Of a DNA stretch of 64,000 nucleotides, positions 55,247 to 63,541 are shown in pieces. The notes beneath the pieces are model-generated. The model ran no database searches. It was not told the DNA's origin and was given only the letters and a program-made list of their open reading frames with translations. The stretch lies in the IMG/VR virus record IMGVR_UViG_3300045988_080466; one strand, given 5' to 3'. The first letter of the stretch is position 1; every line of letters begins with the position of its first letter. The translations under genes were made by a program, and so were the position numbers. This stretch comes from a virus.

Positions 55247-55498
55247 TTAATCTCCTCTCAGAGCGTTATCAATTACATACGGTTCTAAAAACTCTTCCAA
55301 AAGTTTGTCTACTCGGTTTTCTATAGCTACTGGGCTATATATCTTATCGTTAACCTCGAAAAAGTCCATCTCTTCTGTTGCGTCCAAAATTCTAGCCAAC
55401 AACAGTAATTCTACTTGTTTCTCTAATATCATTTCGAATTGGATTACAAAGATAATAAAAATAATCGACATTTCCAAACCTAAGTGAGATTTAGGCAA
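55247..55498 (-). CDS. hypothetical protein (start uncertain)
   Basis: The track start is TTG. Internal Met codons (MSIIF.., MILEK..) are alternatives. Confidence 0.35.
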   Translation of the reverse strand: MPKSHLGLEMSIIFIIFVIQFEMILEKQVELLLLARILDATEEMDFFEVNDKIYSPVAIENRVDKLLEEFLEPYVIDNALRGD

Positions 55499-55510
55499 TT
55501 TTAACCTAAA

Positions 55511-55711
55511 TCACTTGGTCGGTCCTTTCCATGTCTCTAAAAAGAATTCTAGGTTTCTCTGACATTCGGCAGGGTCTTTATATGTATATTTGCTATCCCA
55601 GCATTGATACCCACAGTTTAATGTCCAAGCCCATCCCCATAAGTCAGCTTCCTCATCGTACCAATAGTTCATTGATACGTCATAGTTTTTTCCTGCTTCC
55701 TGTATTGTCAT
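55511..55711 (-). CDS. hypothetical protein
   Basis: 66-aa Trp-rich ORF. Confidence 0.45.
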   Translation of the reverse strand: MTIQEAGKNYDVSMNYWYDEEADLWGWAWTLNCGYQCWDSKYTYKDPAECQRNLEFFLETWKGPTK

Positions 55712-56082
55712 ATTATATTAAATATGTTGTCTATTGCCTTTTTGACAACAGCATTATTACAAATATCATATTTCTCACTCCAGTTTGATTTTCTGTAGTA
55801 AGAAAATATCTGACTAGAGGTTAACTGTGTTGTTTTAATATGGGAATACTTAGAAAGTTTATTTATAAACAATTTACTAGGCATTATTTGCAAACAATAG
55901 TGCTTTCCCGAAACTCCGTCTATCGGACCATCATCTTGTATAATAAAACGATATTCAATATCATAAGCCTCTAACCACTCTGCTATCAAGTAAGCAAAAT
56001 AACAGCAACCTCCAGAATTCATACTATATCTCCTATCTAGCTCGGATGCTAGATAGTTTAACTTTTTAATCAGAAATTCCAT
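55708..56082 (-). CDS. hypothetical protein (possible Cys/His peptidase-like)
   Basis: SGGCCYFAYLIAEWL ... GKHYCLQI suggests a papain-like C...H arrangement. Weak. Confidence 0.4.
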   Translation of the reverse strand: MEFLIKKLNYLASELDRRYSMNSGGCCYFAYLIAEWLEAYDIEYRFIIQDDGPIDGVSGKHYCLQIMPSKLFINKLSKYSHIKTTQLTSSQIFSYYRKSNWSEKYDICNNAVVKKAIDNIFNII

Positions 56083-56085
56083 ATG

Positions 56086-56205
56086 TTAATCATAGTATCC
56101 ACTCATCCAACGTTGTCTTTCTATATACTGTTTAGCAGTTTTAGACACTGGAGCATTATACCAGTTTTTTAACTTCTTCATTTCGTTATCATAATCGCTT
56201 GACAT
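56086..56205 (-). CDS. small hypothetical protein (39 aa)
   Basis: Hand-translated MSSDYDNEMKKLKNWYNAPVSKTAKQYIERQRWMSGYYD. Its stop lies 3 nt before the next ATG. Confidence 0.3.
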   Translation of the reverse strand: MSSDYDNEMKKLKNWYNAPVSKTAKQYIERQRWMSGYYD

Positions 56206-56239
56206 AATTTTGTATTTTTAAATAAGTTAGTAAAATATC

Positions 56240-57517
56240 TCAATACCTAAACATGAAGGTCATTGGCTTTTTCTTTATCTCTTCAAAAGGTTCTCTTTTC
56301 AATACGTGCATTAATTGTTCTTCGTCTAAAGTTACATACTTTTTATTGGCATGTGACTTATTAAACCACTCTTCTTCAACAGTTCCTCTTACCACAAAGG
56401 TAAATATTTCTGCACGCTTGTTCGGAGCAAACCTAACTACTCTTCCAGTTCTTTGTATCATTTTGGTAGGACTTGAATCCATTCCTAGAATTATAGCTAC
56501 AGATAATCCAGAAACATCCATTCCCTCATCTGCTTTTTTAACGGTATTTAATACCCCAGTATCCATTTTACTGAACTCTTCAAGAGTTATTCTGCTTTTC
56601 TTTTTTGAATCTTTTCCAGTATAAACAGACCCTCGTTTTATTTTTTCTGCAATTTTAGTAGTTGCAGAAAATGTGACTATTTTACAATCCTGCCTGTAAT
56701 CACAAATTAATTGAGTAAGTCTGATTTTATCTGGGTGATTATAAATGAATTGTTTTCTTTGCTGCATAGTTCTTGCAAAACCAACAGCATGAAATGTGAT
56801 ATCCTTTAGAACTTCAGACTTTATTTTCCCATCCTTTATCTTGTCTCTTTCACATATAAAGTCTCTATAAACCATTCTATATTTATAGCCCTCTTTACCA
56901 ATCATTTGCATGGCTAAAGAGAAGTTATAATCAAAGTAAGAGAAGTGTTCAGTAAACTCTCTATTATATTTCTGGTACTCGGAGATGTCTGCATCAATAT
57001 ACACTTTATATTCAACATAATCAGAAACCCATCCATTCTGAAGAGCTTCTTCAAGAGAAATAGTATCAATAATTGGACAATATTTCTCAATAATTTTATG
57101 TCTTCCATCAAGTCTCTCAAGTGTTGCGGTTAGACCAAGTATCATTCGATACTTGACTCTTTCAAATACTTCACTAAATGTATCAGCTCCCATTCTATGA
57201 ATTTCATCAATTATAAGTATATCGCAAGTCCATTCGTGTTTAACGACGGTATTGATTACTACAACCTCTGCGTTCATAAAGATTCCATGCTTAGTAAGTT
57301 GCATAATCCATTGCTCTTTAAGCAAGTCTGTCGGGACTACAACCAATATTCTAAACTGTGGATATTTATTCAAGACACTCTTTGCACATTTAATGGCAGT
57401 ATAAGTTTTGCCTACACCAGTACCATATTCTAAAGTTCCTCTACATTTATTATCAATCCATTTAATTCTACCTTCTTCCTGTCTTTCATCACGAGTTGGC
57501 GGTGTAAATAAATCCAA
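56240..57517 (-). CDS. SF2 DExH-box helicase (UvsW/XPB-like)
   Basis: GTGVGKTY (motif I), IIDEIHRM (II), GLTATLER (III), QRTGRVVR (VI). The start codon is TTG, preceded by an upstream in-frame TAA. Confidence 0.75.
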   Translation of the reverse strand: MDLFTPPTRDERQEEGRIKWIDNKCRGTLEYGTGVGKTYTAIKCAKSVLNKYPQFRILVVVPTDLLKEQWIMQLTKHGIFMNAEVVVINTVVKHEWTCDILIIDEIHRMGADTFSEVFERVKYRMILGLTATLERLDGRHKIIEKYCPIIDTISLEEALQNGWVSDYVEYKVYIDADISEYQKYNREFTEHFSYFDYNFSLAMQMIGKEGYKYRMVYRDFICERDKIKDGKIKSEVLKDITFHAVGFARTMQQRKQFIYNHPDKIRLTQLICDYRQDCKIVTFSATTKIAEKIKRGSVYTGKDSKKKSRITLEEFSKMDTGVLNTVKKADEGMDVSGLSVAIILGMDSSPTKMIQRTGRVVRFAPNKRAEIFTFVVRGTVEEEWFNKSHANKKYVTLDEEQLMHVLKREPFEEIKKKPMTFMFRY

Positions 57518-57576
57518 AATTAGATTATAGATGCTAATATTACATAATTATCTACAGGAATAGTAGAAAGTTTCCC

Positions 57577-57607
57577 CAAAATTAATGAAACTTTAAAGAG
57601 AAACAAC
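57577..57607 (-). promoter_or_regulatory. candidate promoter upstream of the SF2 helicase
   Basis: Minus strand TAATTTTG (-7 consensus) 60 nt upstream of the start. The -33 position reads GTTG rather than TTTG. Confidence 0.3.
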
Positions 57608-57613
57608 TCAATT

Positions 57614-58477
57614 TTAGAGGGTGTATCCATGATATTCAGCAACCTTTTCGATTTGCTCCATTCTAGTTTCCCACTGCTCGATATGATACTTCACTTCTTC
57701 TTCAAGTAAGAACAATACTTTATCTCTCAAAGTAGTCAGTTGTTCGGTAGTTAAATCGAAATACTTCTTACTCTTCAAGTTAATCATTGCTCTCAATTGT
57801 CCATATGTCAATCCTCTCGAATTTACATATAGTTTAGCAGTAGATTTTAAATTGAGACGTTCCCTTACTACTTCTAATCTGTCTCTGATATTACCGTTCT
57901 CGTCCTTTTCAGTCAAGTCTTTCATTTCCTGTGGAGTGAACCATAATCCCTGTTTCAGAATAAAGGTAAGGGTTATATGTTGTTTGTTAAATTTACCTAG
58001 TGCATCTAGGCATCCATCCAATACTAGCTCGATAGGTATGCTTGCAAATTCCAACGGGATTCCGTTTGTAAGGGTAGAGATAGGATATTCTTTTAGTTTA
58101 TCCTTAGTAAGTTGTTCCTTGTTGGCTTCAATGACTTTACTCAAATCATTTCTATACAAGAATCTCGGATAACGCTTTCTGTCTTCTGTTTCTTTCTCAA
58201 GATAACGAAGATAAAGCTCAGTGTTACATTTGTCTCTCTGTTCCTTAATAATATCTAACAATACATATCTTCCCGGATGTGCTTTGTCAGTGTTATATAA
58301 CATAGATTTACAGTGTTGATAAAAACTTCTCAACTGTTCTTCTGTACAGTCAACCAGACGATATTCTGATTGAACTTTTTCTCCACCAAACTCTTCTTTA
58401 GCACCTTTCCAAATGAAAGATTTAATATTATTATCCTTTGCTGCAAGCGCTTCTTCTAGCTTTTCTTTAACTATCAT
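57614..58477 (-). CDS. hypothetical protein
   Basis: Co-directional 287-aa ORF. Confidence 0.55.
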   Translation of the reverse strand: MIVKEKLEEALAAKDNNIKSFIWKGAKEEFGGEKVQSEYRLVDCTEEQLRSFYQHCKSMLYNTDKAHPGRYVLLDIIKEQRDKCNTELYLRYLEKETEDRKRYPRFLYRNDLSKVIEANKEQLTKDKLKEYPISTLTNGIPLEFASIPIELVLDGCLDALGKFNKQHITLTFILKQGLWFTPQEMKDLTEKDENGNIRDRLEVVRERLNLKSTAKLYVNSRGLTYGQLRAMINLKSKKYFDLTTEQLTTLRDKVLFLLEEEVKYHIEQWETRMEQIEKVAEYHGYTL

Positions 58478-58554
58478 AACTTTTATAAACTTTTACTATT
58501 CTTAATTTTTCATCATCTCTTTGTTTTAAAAGTTATCTATTGTGTTCTTAGCCG

Positions 58555-58851
58555 TTACATATACATAACATACTCTTTCTTTTCTTCTGGTTTAGGTATA
58601 AACTTAATAAATTGTATGTTATTATAATTATAGGGAATCATTTTACTCCCATCGAACCATGTATCAATTCCGGCTCTAATCTCTTTATACTCTAGAAAGC
58701 CTACTTCTCCCAGACGTAGTGAGCGGTGTTCCCAATTCGGGAACTGCACACACATAAGATACTCTTTACTTTCTAAATCCTGAAATACATACGTGACATA
58801 TTGCTCGGGGTCAGTACTACTCGCAACCAGTTTCGCAAGTATTGTTATCAT
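58555..58851 (-). CDS. hypothetical protein
   Basis: Co-directional 98-aa ORF. Confidence 0.45.
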   Translation of the reverse strand: MITILAKLVASSTDPEQYVTYVFQDLESKEYLMCVQFPNWEHRSLRLGEVGFLEYKEIRAGIDTWFDGSKMIPYNYNNIQFIKFIPKPEEKKEYVMYM

Positions 58852-59236
58852 CCTCTATGATGTAGTCACGAATAAGGTCTTCCTTATCTGTTTCCGTGTC
58901 TTCATCTGTGGGGATTGCACAATACTCAATCCAGTCTTCCATGTAGCTATCAAACACCTCATTGGCATATGCTACCAATTCCGGGTCTTCATCGTCTCTA
59001 TCCCAACCGAGTTCTCCATGGGCTTCTTCTATTGCATCCGCATAAGTACCTAAGCCATTGGTACCTTCATAAGAATCATACTCTTCACAAGCTGCTTCCC
59101 ATGCTTCATGTTCTGCATCTTCGTGAGATTCGAACATACCGGTGTATAAATATTTCTTTCCACCGAAACCTCCACCGAGTCCAGCATAAATGTTATATTC
59201 TTTCATTTTACTTCTATCAATTGTTTTTACTGCCAT
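58817..59236 (-). CDS. hypothetical highly acidic protein
   Basis: 139 aa, very D/E-rich (WDRDDEDPE, PTDEDTETDKEDLIRDYIIEDDNN). Confidence 0.5.
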   Translation of the reverse strand: MAVKTIDRSKMKEYNIYAGLGGGFGGKKYLYTGMFESHEDAEHEAWEAACEEYDSYEGTNGLGTYADAIEEAHGELGWDRDDEDPELVAYANEVFDSYMEDWIEYCAIPTDEDTETDKEDLIRDYIIEDDNNTCETGCE

Positions 59237-59697
59237 AATACGTCGTTTTCAGGAATTTCAATACCAATCTGTTTGCACTTATTATATTGAGCTTGAGAAA
59301 TTCTACCTCTATATCCTGGAGTGTTTCTCATAACACGAATCCAGCCAGATGCTTCAAGTTGCTCTACTGATTTCTTAAAATAGTAATATGCAAGGTCATC
59401 ATGTTGCATCCAGTCACAAGGATAGAGTTTTCCGTCTCTATCTATCCAACCATTACCATTCCATTCTTTACCAGTGGGGTCTAAATAAGTGTCTTTATAA
59501 TCAAGCTCTTCGAAGCAGATTGCTTCTACTTCTTCTAATACATCGAAAGCACTTACTGGGCATCTCCCGTAATTCCCATTATAGCATAAAACATCCACTC
59601 CGTCACGGTAATCCTTAATATCTTTATCAAGGATTTGTCTCCAGCCAGGTTGTACACGTTCTAACCCAGCTTCTCTTATTTTTATAAACAAGCCCAT
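59227..59697 (-). CDS. hypothetical protein (start uncertain)
   Basis: Track ORF 59227..59787 overlaps the upstream membrane-protein ORF by 56 nt. Met at 59697 avoids the overlap. Confidence 0.45.
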   Translation of the reverse strand: MGLFIKIREAGLERVQPGWRQILDKDIKDYRDGVDVLCYNGNYGRCPVSAFDVLEEVEAICFEELDYKDTYLDPTGKEWNGNGWIDRDGKLYPCDWMQHDDLAYYYFKKSVEQLEASGWIRVMRNTPGYRGRISQAQYNKCKQIGIEIPENDVLWQ

Positions 59698-59731
59698 ATT
59701 GTAATAAGCATTAAGTAATATAAGTATGTTT

Positions 59732-59995
59732 TCATTTCTTAAATAACCAATATAAAAGTTTGTTTTCTTCCCAGCCTTTCCACTCAAATTGTATGAAGCT
59801 TATTGCAGTTACTAAAATGAACGCAAGAGCCACATTAAGAAATGGAATTATACAAACAGCATAAAGTAATATCTTTACAATGTTAGGAACTTTAATCTTT
59901 TTTTCATCCCAGTCATCGTAAGCATACTTATTTGCTATCTTTATCCACCAAGATATTACTATAATGGATATAATTATTGTTATTAAATATGTCAT
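59732..59995 (-). CDS. small membrane protein
   Basis: Hydrophobic helices: LITIIISIIVISWWI, ILLYAVCIIPFLNVALAFILVTAISF. Confidence 0.5.
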   Translation of the reverse strand: MTYLITIIISIIVISWWIKIANKYAYDDWDEKKIKVPNIVKILLYAVCIIPFLNVALAFILVTAISFIQFEWKGWEENKLLYWLFKK

Positions 59996-59996
59996 T

Positions 59997-60158
59997 TTAT
60001 TTTTCTCTATAATCTACACAACCATACTTCGCAAAGTCACAAATCTTCTTTTCGATTCCTATAAAACAAGGATATTTTACACACTCTTTACAAGTTCGAG
60101 CCGGATATTTGTATTTAACTCCGTCCTTATCCTTATCTATTGCCTGCTTTTTTGCCAT
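59997..60158 (-). CDS. small Cys-rich protein
   Basis: CKECVKYPCF ... CDFAKYGC. Met at 60158 is preferred over the track start at 60182. Confidence 0.4.
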   Translation of the reverse strand: MAKKQAIDKDKDGVKYKYPARTCKECVKYPCFIGIEKKICDFAKYGCVDYREK

Positions 60159-60384
60159 TAGTTTTTGGTTTATAATTCTCACAGAAATTTACAGCGGCAT
60201 CTAATGCTTCGCTATATTTCAAATATCCAGCTCTCGGCAATCCATTATTGGAATCTGCCCAATGAGCTGTTGTGACATTACCTACATAAACTCCAGCAGT
60301 CCACAACCATTGACCTTTATTTTGTTGTGGAAATATGCAGATTCGGAATCCTTTTGCTTCCCATTGTTCGATTGTTTCAATCAT
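60133..60384 (-). CDS. hypothetical protein
   Basis: Co-directional 83-aa ORF. Confidence 0.45.
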   Translation of the reverse strand: MIETIEQWEAKGFRICIFPQQNKGQWLWTAGVYVGNVTTAHWADSNNGLPRAGYLKYSEALDAAVNFCENYKPKTNGKKAGNR

Positions 60385-60511
60385 CGGCTAACCATGCTAA
60401 GAATATTGCCCAAGCAACACATGTAAGAGCCATAGCTATTACATTGCTTATTAAGGATGATATTACAGCAGCTCCGAGAATTAAACCAATCCAGTACCTT
60501 ACGTCTTTCAT
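60377..60511 (-). CDS. small membrane protein (44 aa)
   Basis: Start moved to ATG 60511 (ATGA overlap with the upstream stop). WIGLILGAAVISSLISNVIAMALTCVAWAIFLAWL. Confidence 0.45.
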   Translation of the reverse strand: MKDVRYWIGLILGAAVISSLISNVIAMALTCVAWAIFLAWLADD

Positions 60512-60930
60512 TTTATAAATAACACAGCAAAAAGTCCAGCAGCGACAGTAAATCCACCTATTGATAGATTTCTCCACTTCTTTATCCTTTTCTCTTTCTT
60601 AGTCAATTGTAAATTGAGTGAACTAATAACTTGGTCGTTCAAGTCAGCCTGTAACATACACCTATTTAACTGGGATAATCTCAAAGAATCAGCAACAGCT
60701 AAATTCTTATTAATGGTCTCCAATCCATTTACTTGCTGAATAAGCAAGTCTACTTCTTTAGAGAGTTTTCTATGCTCTAAAAAGATTAAGTTAGTGTGTT
60801 TCAGTTGCTGGGGAGTTATCACCACCAAAGAATCTTCCGTAACTTTCGGATAGGTAGTCTGAGAAAAACTTGACATCGTCCCCAAGAGGCTGATTAGTAA
60901 TATCAATATAATCTGCTTCATATTTTTCAC
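60508..60930 (-). CDS. membrane-anchored coiled-coil protein (N-terminal signal-like and C-terminal TM segments)
   Basis: N-terminus MKNMKQIILILLISLLGTMSSFSQ. C-terminus LSIGGFTVAAGLFAVLFIK. No Cys lipobox. Confidence 0.5.
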   Translation of the reverse strand: MKNMKQIILILLISLLGTMSSFSQTTYPKVTEDSLVVITPQQLKHTNLIFLEHRKLSKEVDLLIQQVNGLETINKNLAVADSLRLSQLNRCMLQADLNDQVISSLNLQLTKKEKRIKKWRNLSIGGFTVAAGLFAVLFIK

Positions 60931-61162
60931 GAATTTTAATTATTTTTACTTTAGTAGTATCAACAGCATTACGTAAACTGTCATTAACTTTATTAATACT
61001 ACTGATGTGATTATTTAAAGAGTCGATGTCTCGCACCAACTCTTTATAATCCTCACTGGGAGATGTCGGAAGGTTTTTTCTGTAGACCCTATCCATAATA
61101 GTCATTGTGCCTGCTATGCAGATTAATGCTATTAATAGATAAAGTGCCCAGTTACCTCTCAT
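60791..61162 (-). CDS. N-terminally anchored membrane protein
   Basis: WALYLLIALICIAGTMTIM followed by a helical region. Its 3' end overlaps the next gene by 140 nt in another frame. Confidence 0.5.
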   Translation of the reverse strand: MRGNWALYLLIALICIAGTMTIMDRVYRKNLPTSPSEDYKELVRDIDSLNNHISSINKVNDSLRNAVDTTKVKIIKIREKYEADYIDITNQPLGDDVKFFSDYLSESYGRFFGGDNSPATETH

Positions 61163-61683
61163 TACAACTCTCCTCTTCTTTGCAATTCGGCATCATATTG
61201 CAGACACTCGCTAAGGATTTCGAGTTCCCAATCCGGAGCAGTCAGCAGATAATCATGAACTTCCTTCATTCTTGGGCTCAGACTTTGACGTTTTTCTTCA
61301 AGTTCAAGTTCGAAGAAATATCTCTCTGCATCAGCTTTATAAGCTGCAAGATACTTACCCGGATTCTTTTCAAAGAACTCTGCTTCCTGTTCAAGAACAG
61401 CCTGTACCATAGTAGAATTGATAACACCACAAGTGTCAGCGCGAAGGATAGTGAATGGGTTTTCTTTTGCCTTTCTTTCAGCTTCGGTTATACCAATTCC
61501 ACGAACATATTCATCACCATCACGTCTTACTGCAATACCCAGGCGAAGTTGTTTTACTTCTGTATCGCTTGCGTTATCGTCACCTTCCTCAATCGGGCAA
61601 CTAAGTGCACAGATTGTATACTCACGTTCGTCACCTTTATAATCAATAAAAGTTCCTTCAATAAATTCAGCTACTTTTTTCAT
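61162..61683 (-). CDS. hypothetical protein
   Basis: 173-aa ORF with a protein-like sequence. The 217-aa + strand ORF opposite is low-complexity and rejected. Visibly G+C-richer than the flanks. Confidence 0.55.
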   Translation of the reverse strand: MKKVAEFIEGTFIDYKGDEREYTICALSCPIEEGDDNASDTEVKQLRLGIAVRRDGDEYVRGIGITEAERKAKENPFTILRADTCGVINSTMVQAVLEQEAEFFEKNPGKYLAAYKADAERYFFELELEEKRQSLSPRMKEVHDYLLTAPDWELEILSECLQYDAELQRRGEL

Positions 61684-61705
61684 TTTGTTTATTTTTTAAT
61701 GTTTA

Positions 61706-62281
61706 TTAATCGTCATTTGGGTTTCTTCCTGGATAATCCAGATAGAAACTCAGGATAGTATCCTGTTTAGTTTGCCAGTCAGTGTCCTCATTTGCCATTT
61801 CAGCAATAGTACGACTGATTGACTCTTCTTCGATCTGTTCCAGAACAAGTTTACCATGTTCATCATCGTTGCCTTTCAACCATGCTTCTGTAGCCCAATC
61901 ACCTTCCTGTATAGCCTGCTTTACAATCTTATTAATTGATTCTGTAGTTTCGATTTCTCTGTCTACAGTAGCTTCGAATGGATAAGCTCTATTAGGAATA
62001 TCCACATTTATAGCTTCAATTCTTGGATACTGAAATTCGGCATCATTATAGTTTAGATACCAAAGAATCCAGTTGTGGTGATTATCTTCTTCGTCAGCTC
62101 TCAAGATAAAATATTCTTCAAGCTTGGGAAGTCCTTGACAACTAAAATAGTTGGCAAATGTTCTGTAAAGATTGTGATTGCTCAATTCTGCACCGAGTTG
62201 TTTTACCAACATTTCAATCATTGCATGACTAAGAGTACATACTCTTCTGCTCTTGTCGATTGTTTGCTCGGTCTTTGCCAT
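61706..62281 (-). CDS. ferritin-like protein
   Basis: Ferroxidase-type residues in order: GAELSNHNLYRTFANYF (E, Y), ADEEDNHHNW (ExxH), DREIETTESI (E), LVLEQIEEE (QxxEE). Start ambiguous: ATG 62281, 62338, 62362 or 62404. Confidence 0.65.
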   Translation of the reverse strand: MAKTEQTIDKSRRVCTLSHAMIEMLVKQLGAELSNHNLYRTFANYFSCQGLPKLEEYFILRADEEDNHHNWILWYLNYNDAEFQYPRIEAINVDIPNRAYPFEATVDREIETTESINKIVKQAIQEGDWATEAWLKGNDDEHGKLVLEQIEEESISRTIAEMANEDTDWQTKQDTILSFYLDYPGRNPNDD

Positions 62282-62294
62282 TGTAGGAGCAACA

Positions 62295-62612
62295 CTATCG
62301 TTTTTTACGACTGGTCTTTCGCTTTCCTTTTTCTCCATTTTTATCGTATAATTTAAATCCATTACTCTCAATATATGACATAGGAGCGCCAACCCATGCA
62401 ACACATTTCATATAAGTACATGTCTTGGTCTTTACGGTTTCACACTCCTTAAACTTGCCAATTGGTTTATCAGTTGAGTAGTGTTGAGAGCCTACACATT
62501 CAGCTCTATCCTTGAAGACTCTATAAAGATTCACTTCGTAGATAAAGCTGTCTGTCACTACTACTTTAACGTCCCCAGAATGGTAGACTGGTTCCGGTGT
62601 AGGTTTTGCCAT
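62295..62612 (-). CDS. hypothetical protein
   Basis: Co-directional 105-aa ORF. Confidence 0.45.
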   Translation of the reverse strand: MAKPTPEPVYHSGDVKVVVTDSFIYEVNLYRVFKDRAECVGSQHYSTDKPIGKFKECETVKTKTCTYMKCVAWVGAPMSYIESNGFKLYDKNGEKGKRKTSRKKR

Positions 62613-62982
62613 TCCATGAATAGTTTACAAGGTTGTCTTTGTACTTTGCCAAGATTTTTGGAATATCACTTTGTCCACATTTAATGGATAAAGTGGTCTT
62701 TCCACCCTTCGGAACCTTGTGTAACCTTACTATGAGCTTGTCATAGAACGGAATACTCTTTTTCTTTCCTGCCCATCGGGTAAGAAACTCGGTCTTGTCA
62801 CGAGCCCGCTCACGCTTCAGGATGAATTTTTCGGAAGGAGTCTTAGTCCAAACCGAAGGGTCTCTCGGCACAAGTGGTGGAACACGTAATCCCAACGCTA
62901 CCATTTCTGCGTCGTTATATACATCAACTCTTAATTCTTCGTCACTCTGTTGTACTCTTTTTGGTTTTTCAATCTTTTTCAT
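62566..62982 (-). CDS. hypothetical basic protein
   Basis: Co-directional 138-aa ORF. Confidence 0.45.
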   Translation of the reverse strand: MKKIEKPKRVQQSDEELRVDVYNDAEMVALGLRVPPLVPRDPSVWTKTPSEKFILKRERARDKTEFLTRWAGKKKSIPFYDKLIVRLHKVPKGGKTTLSIKCGQSDIPKILAKYKDNLVNYSWNGKTYTGTSLPFWGR

Positions 62983-62990
62983 GATTATAA

Positions 62991-63224
62991 TTATTTATTG
63001 ATTTGAATTACTGATACTCCACCCTTATAGCCATTACTGACTATAATAAATTCATAACCTTTATAGGTAAAGGTATGTACAGTGCCGTCGTTTTTGAAGC
63101 TAGAACCGAATGTTCCTATACGATTAACAACTACACCATTATAACTCCTGTTTTCAGCCGGAGTTCCACTGCAACCTACCATGAGAGCTACTCCCAAGGC
63201 AAGCCCAAGTAATAATTTTTTCAA
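62991..63224 (-). CDS. small lipoprotein
   Basis: MKKLLLGLALGVALMVGCSG: a signal peptide ending in a lipobox-like Cys. Confidence 0.6.
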   Translation of the reverse strand: MKKLLLGLALGVALMVGCSGTPAENRSYNGVVVNRIGTFGSSFKNDGTVHTFTYKGYEFIIVSNGYKGGVSVIQINK

Positions 63225-63490
63225 ATTTTCCTGAATAGAATTTTAAAAACTATGCTATACTTAGCCAATGTAGTCCAATCATCACCAGACATATCCGCGA
63301 CGGCTCGTATAACTAGAACTAAAAACACTAAATTAACAACAGGACAAAGTGCTAAGACTATTCCAATAATGGCATGGATTAACAGCACATCATCCTCTTC
63401 CTCTTCCTTCGCTATTTTATAGGTCGCTTGTAATAAGTCTACCCATAATAAAACGGGAAGTATATAAAAGAATATAATTACCCAAATCAT
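63221..63490 (-). CDS. small membrane protein
   Basis: IWVIIFFYILPVLLWV and IIGIVLALCPVVNLVFLVLVI helices. ATGA overlap with the lipoprotein gene. Confidence 0.5.
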   Translation of the reverse strand: MIWVIIFFYILPVLLWVDLLQATYKIAKEEEEDDVLLIHAIIGIVLALCPVVNLVFLVLVIRAVADMSGDDWTTLAKYSIVFKILFRKI

Positions 63491-63541
63491 ATAGAACGCA
63501 CTGTTTTACAAATGTTGCACTTATAGATTTTGTTCTCATAA

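Noticed and set aside
60508-60930. 140-aa protein as an o-spanin or unimolecular spanin.
   Set aside because: The topology fits (N-terminal signal, C-terminal TM), but there is no Cys for lipidation anywhere in the N-terminal region. It is reported only as spanin-like architecture.
61105-61758. 217-aa + strand ORF opposite the 173-aa minus-strand gene.
   Set aside because: The translation is low-complexity and rich in Leu, Phe, Ser and Cys, typical of an antisense shadow. The minus-strand product looks like a normal protein and fits the co-directional gene array.
10294-62684. About 60 + strand ORFs of 60-165 aa scattered across the minus-strand block (for example 28116-28556, 30399-30713, 42660-43043, 46134-46541, 52351-52848, 56253-56624, 57852-58172).
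   Set aside because: Each lies antisense to a gene with clear motifs or a better protein-like translation. The AT-rich genome generates long antisense ORFs. None is flanked by + strand promoter or terminator signals.
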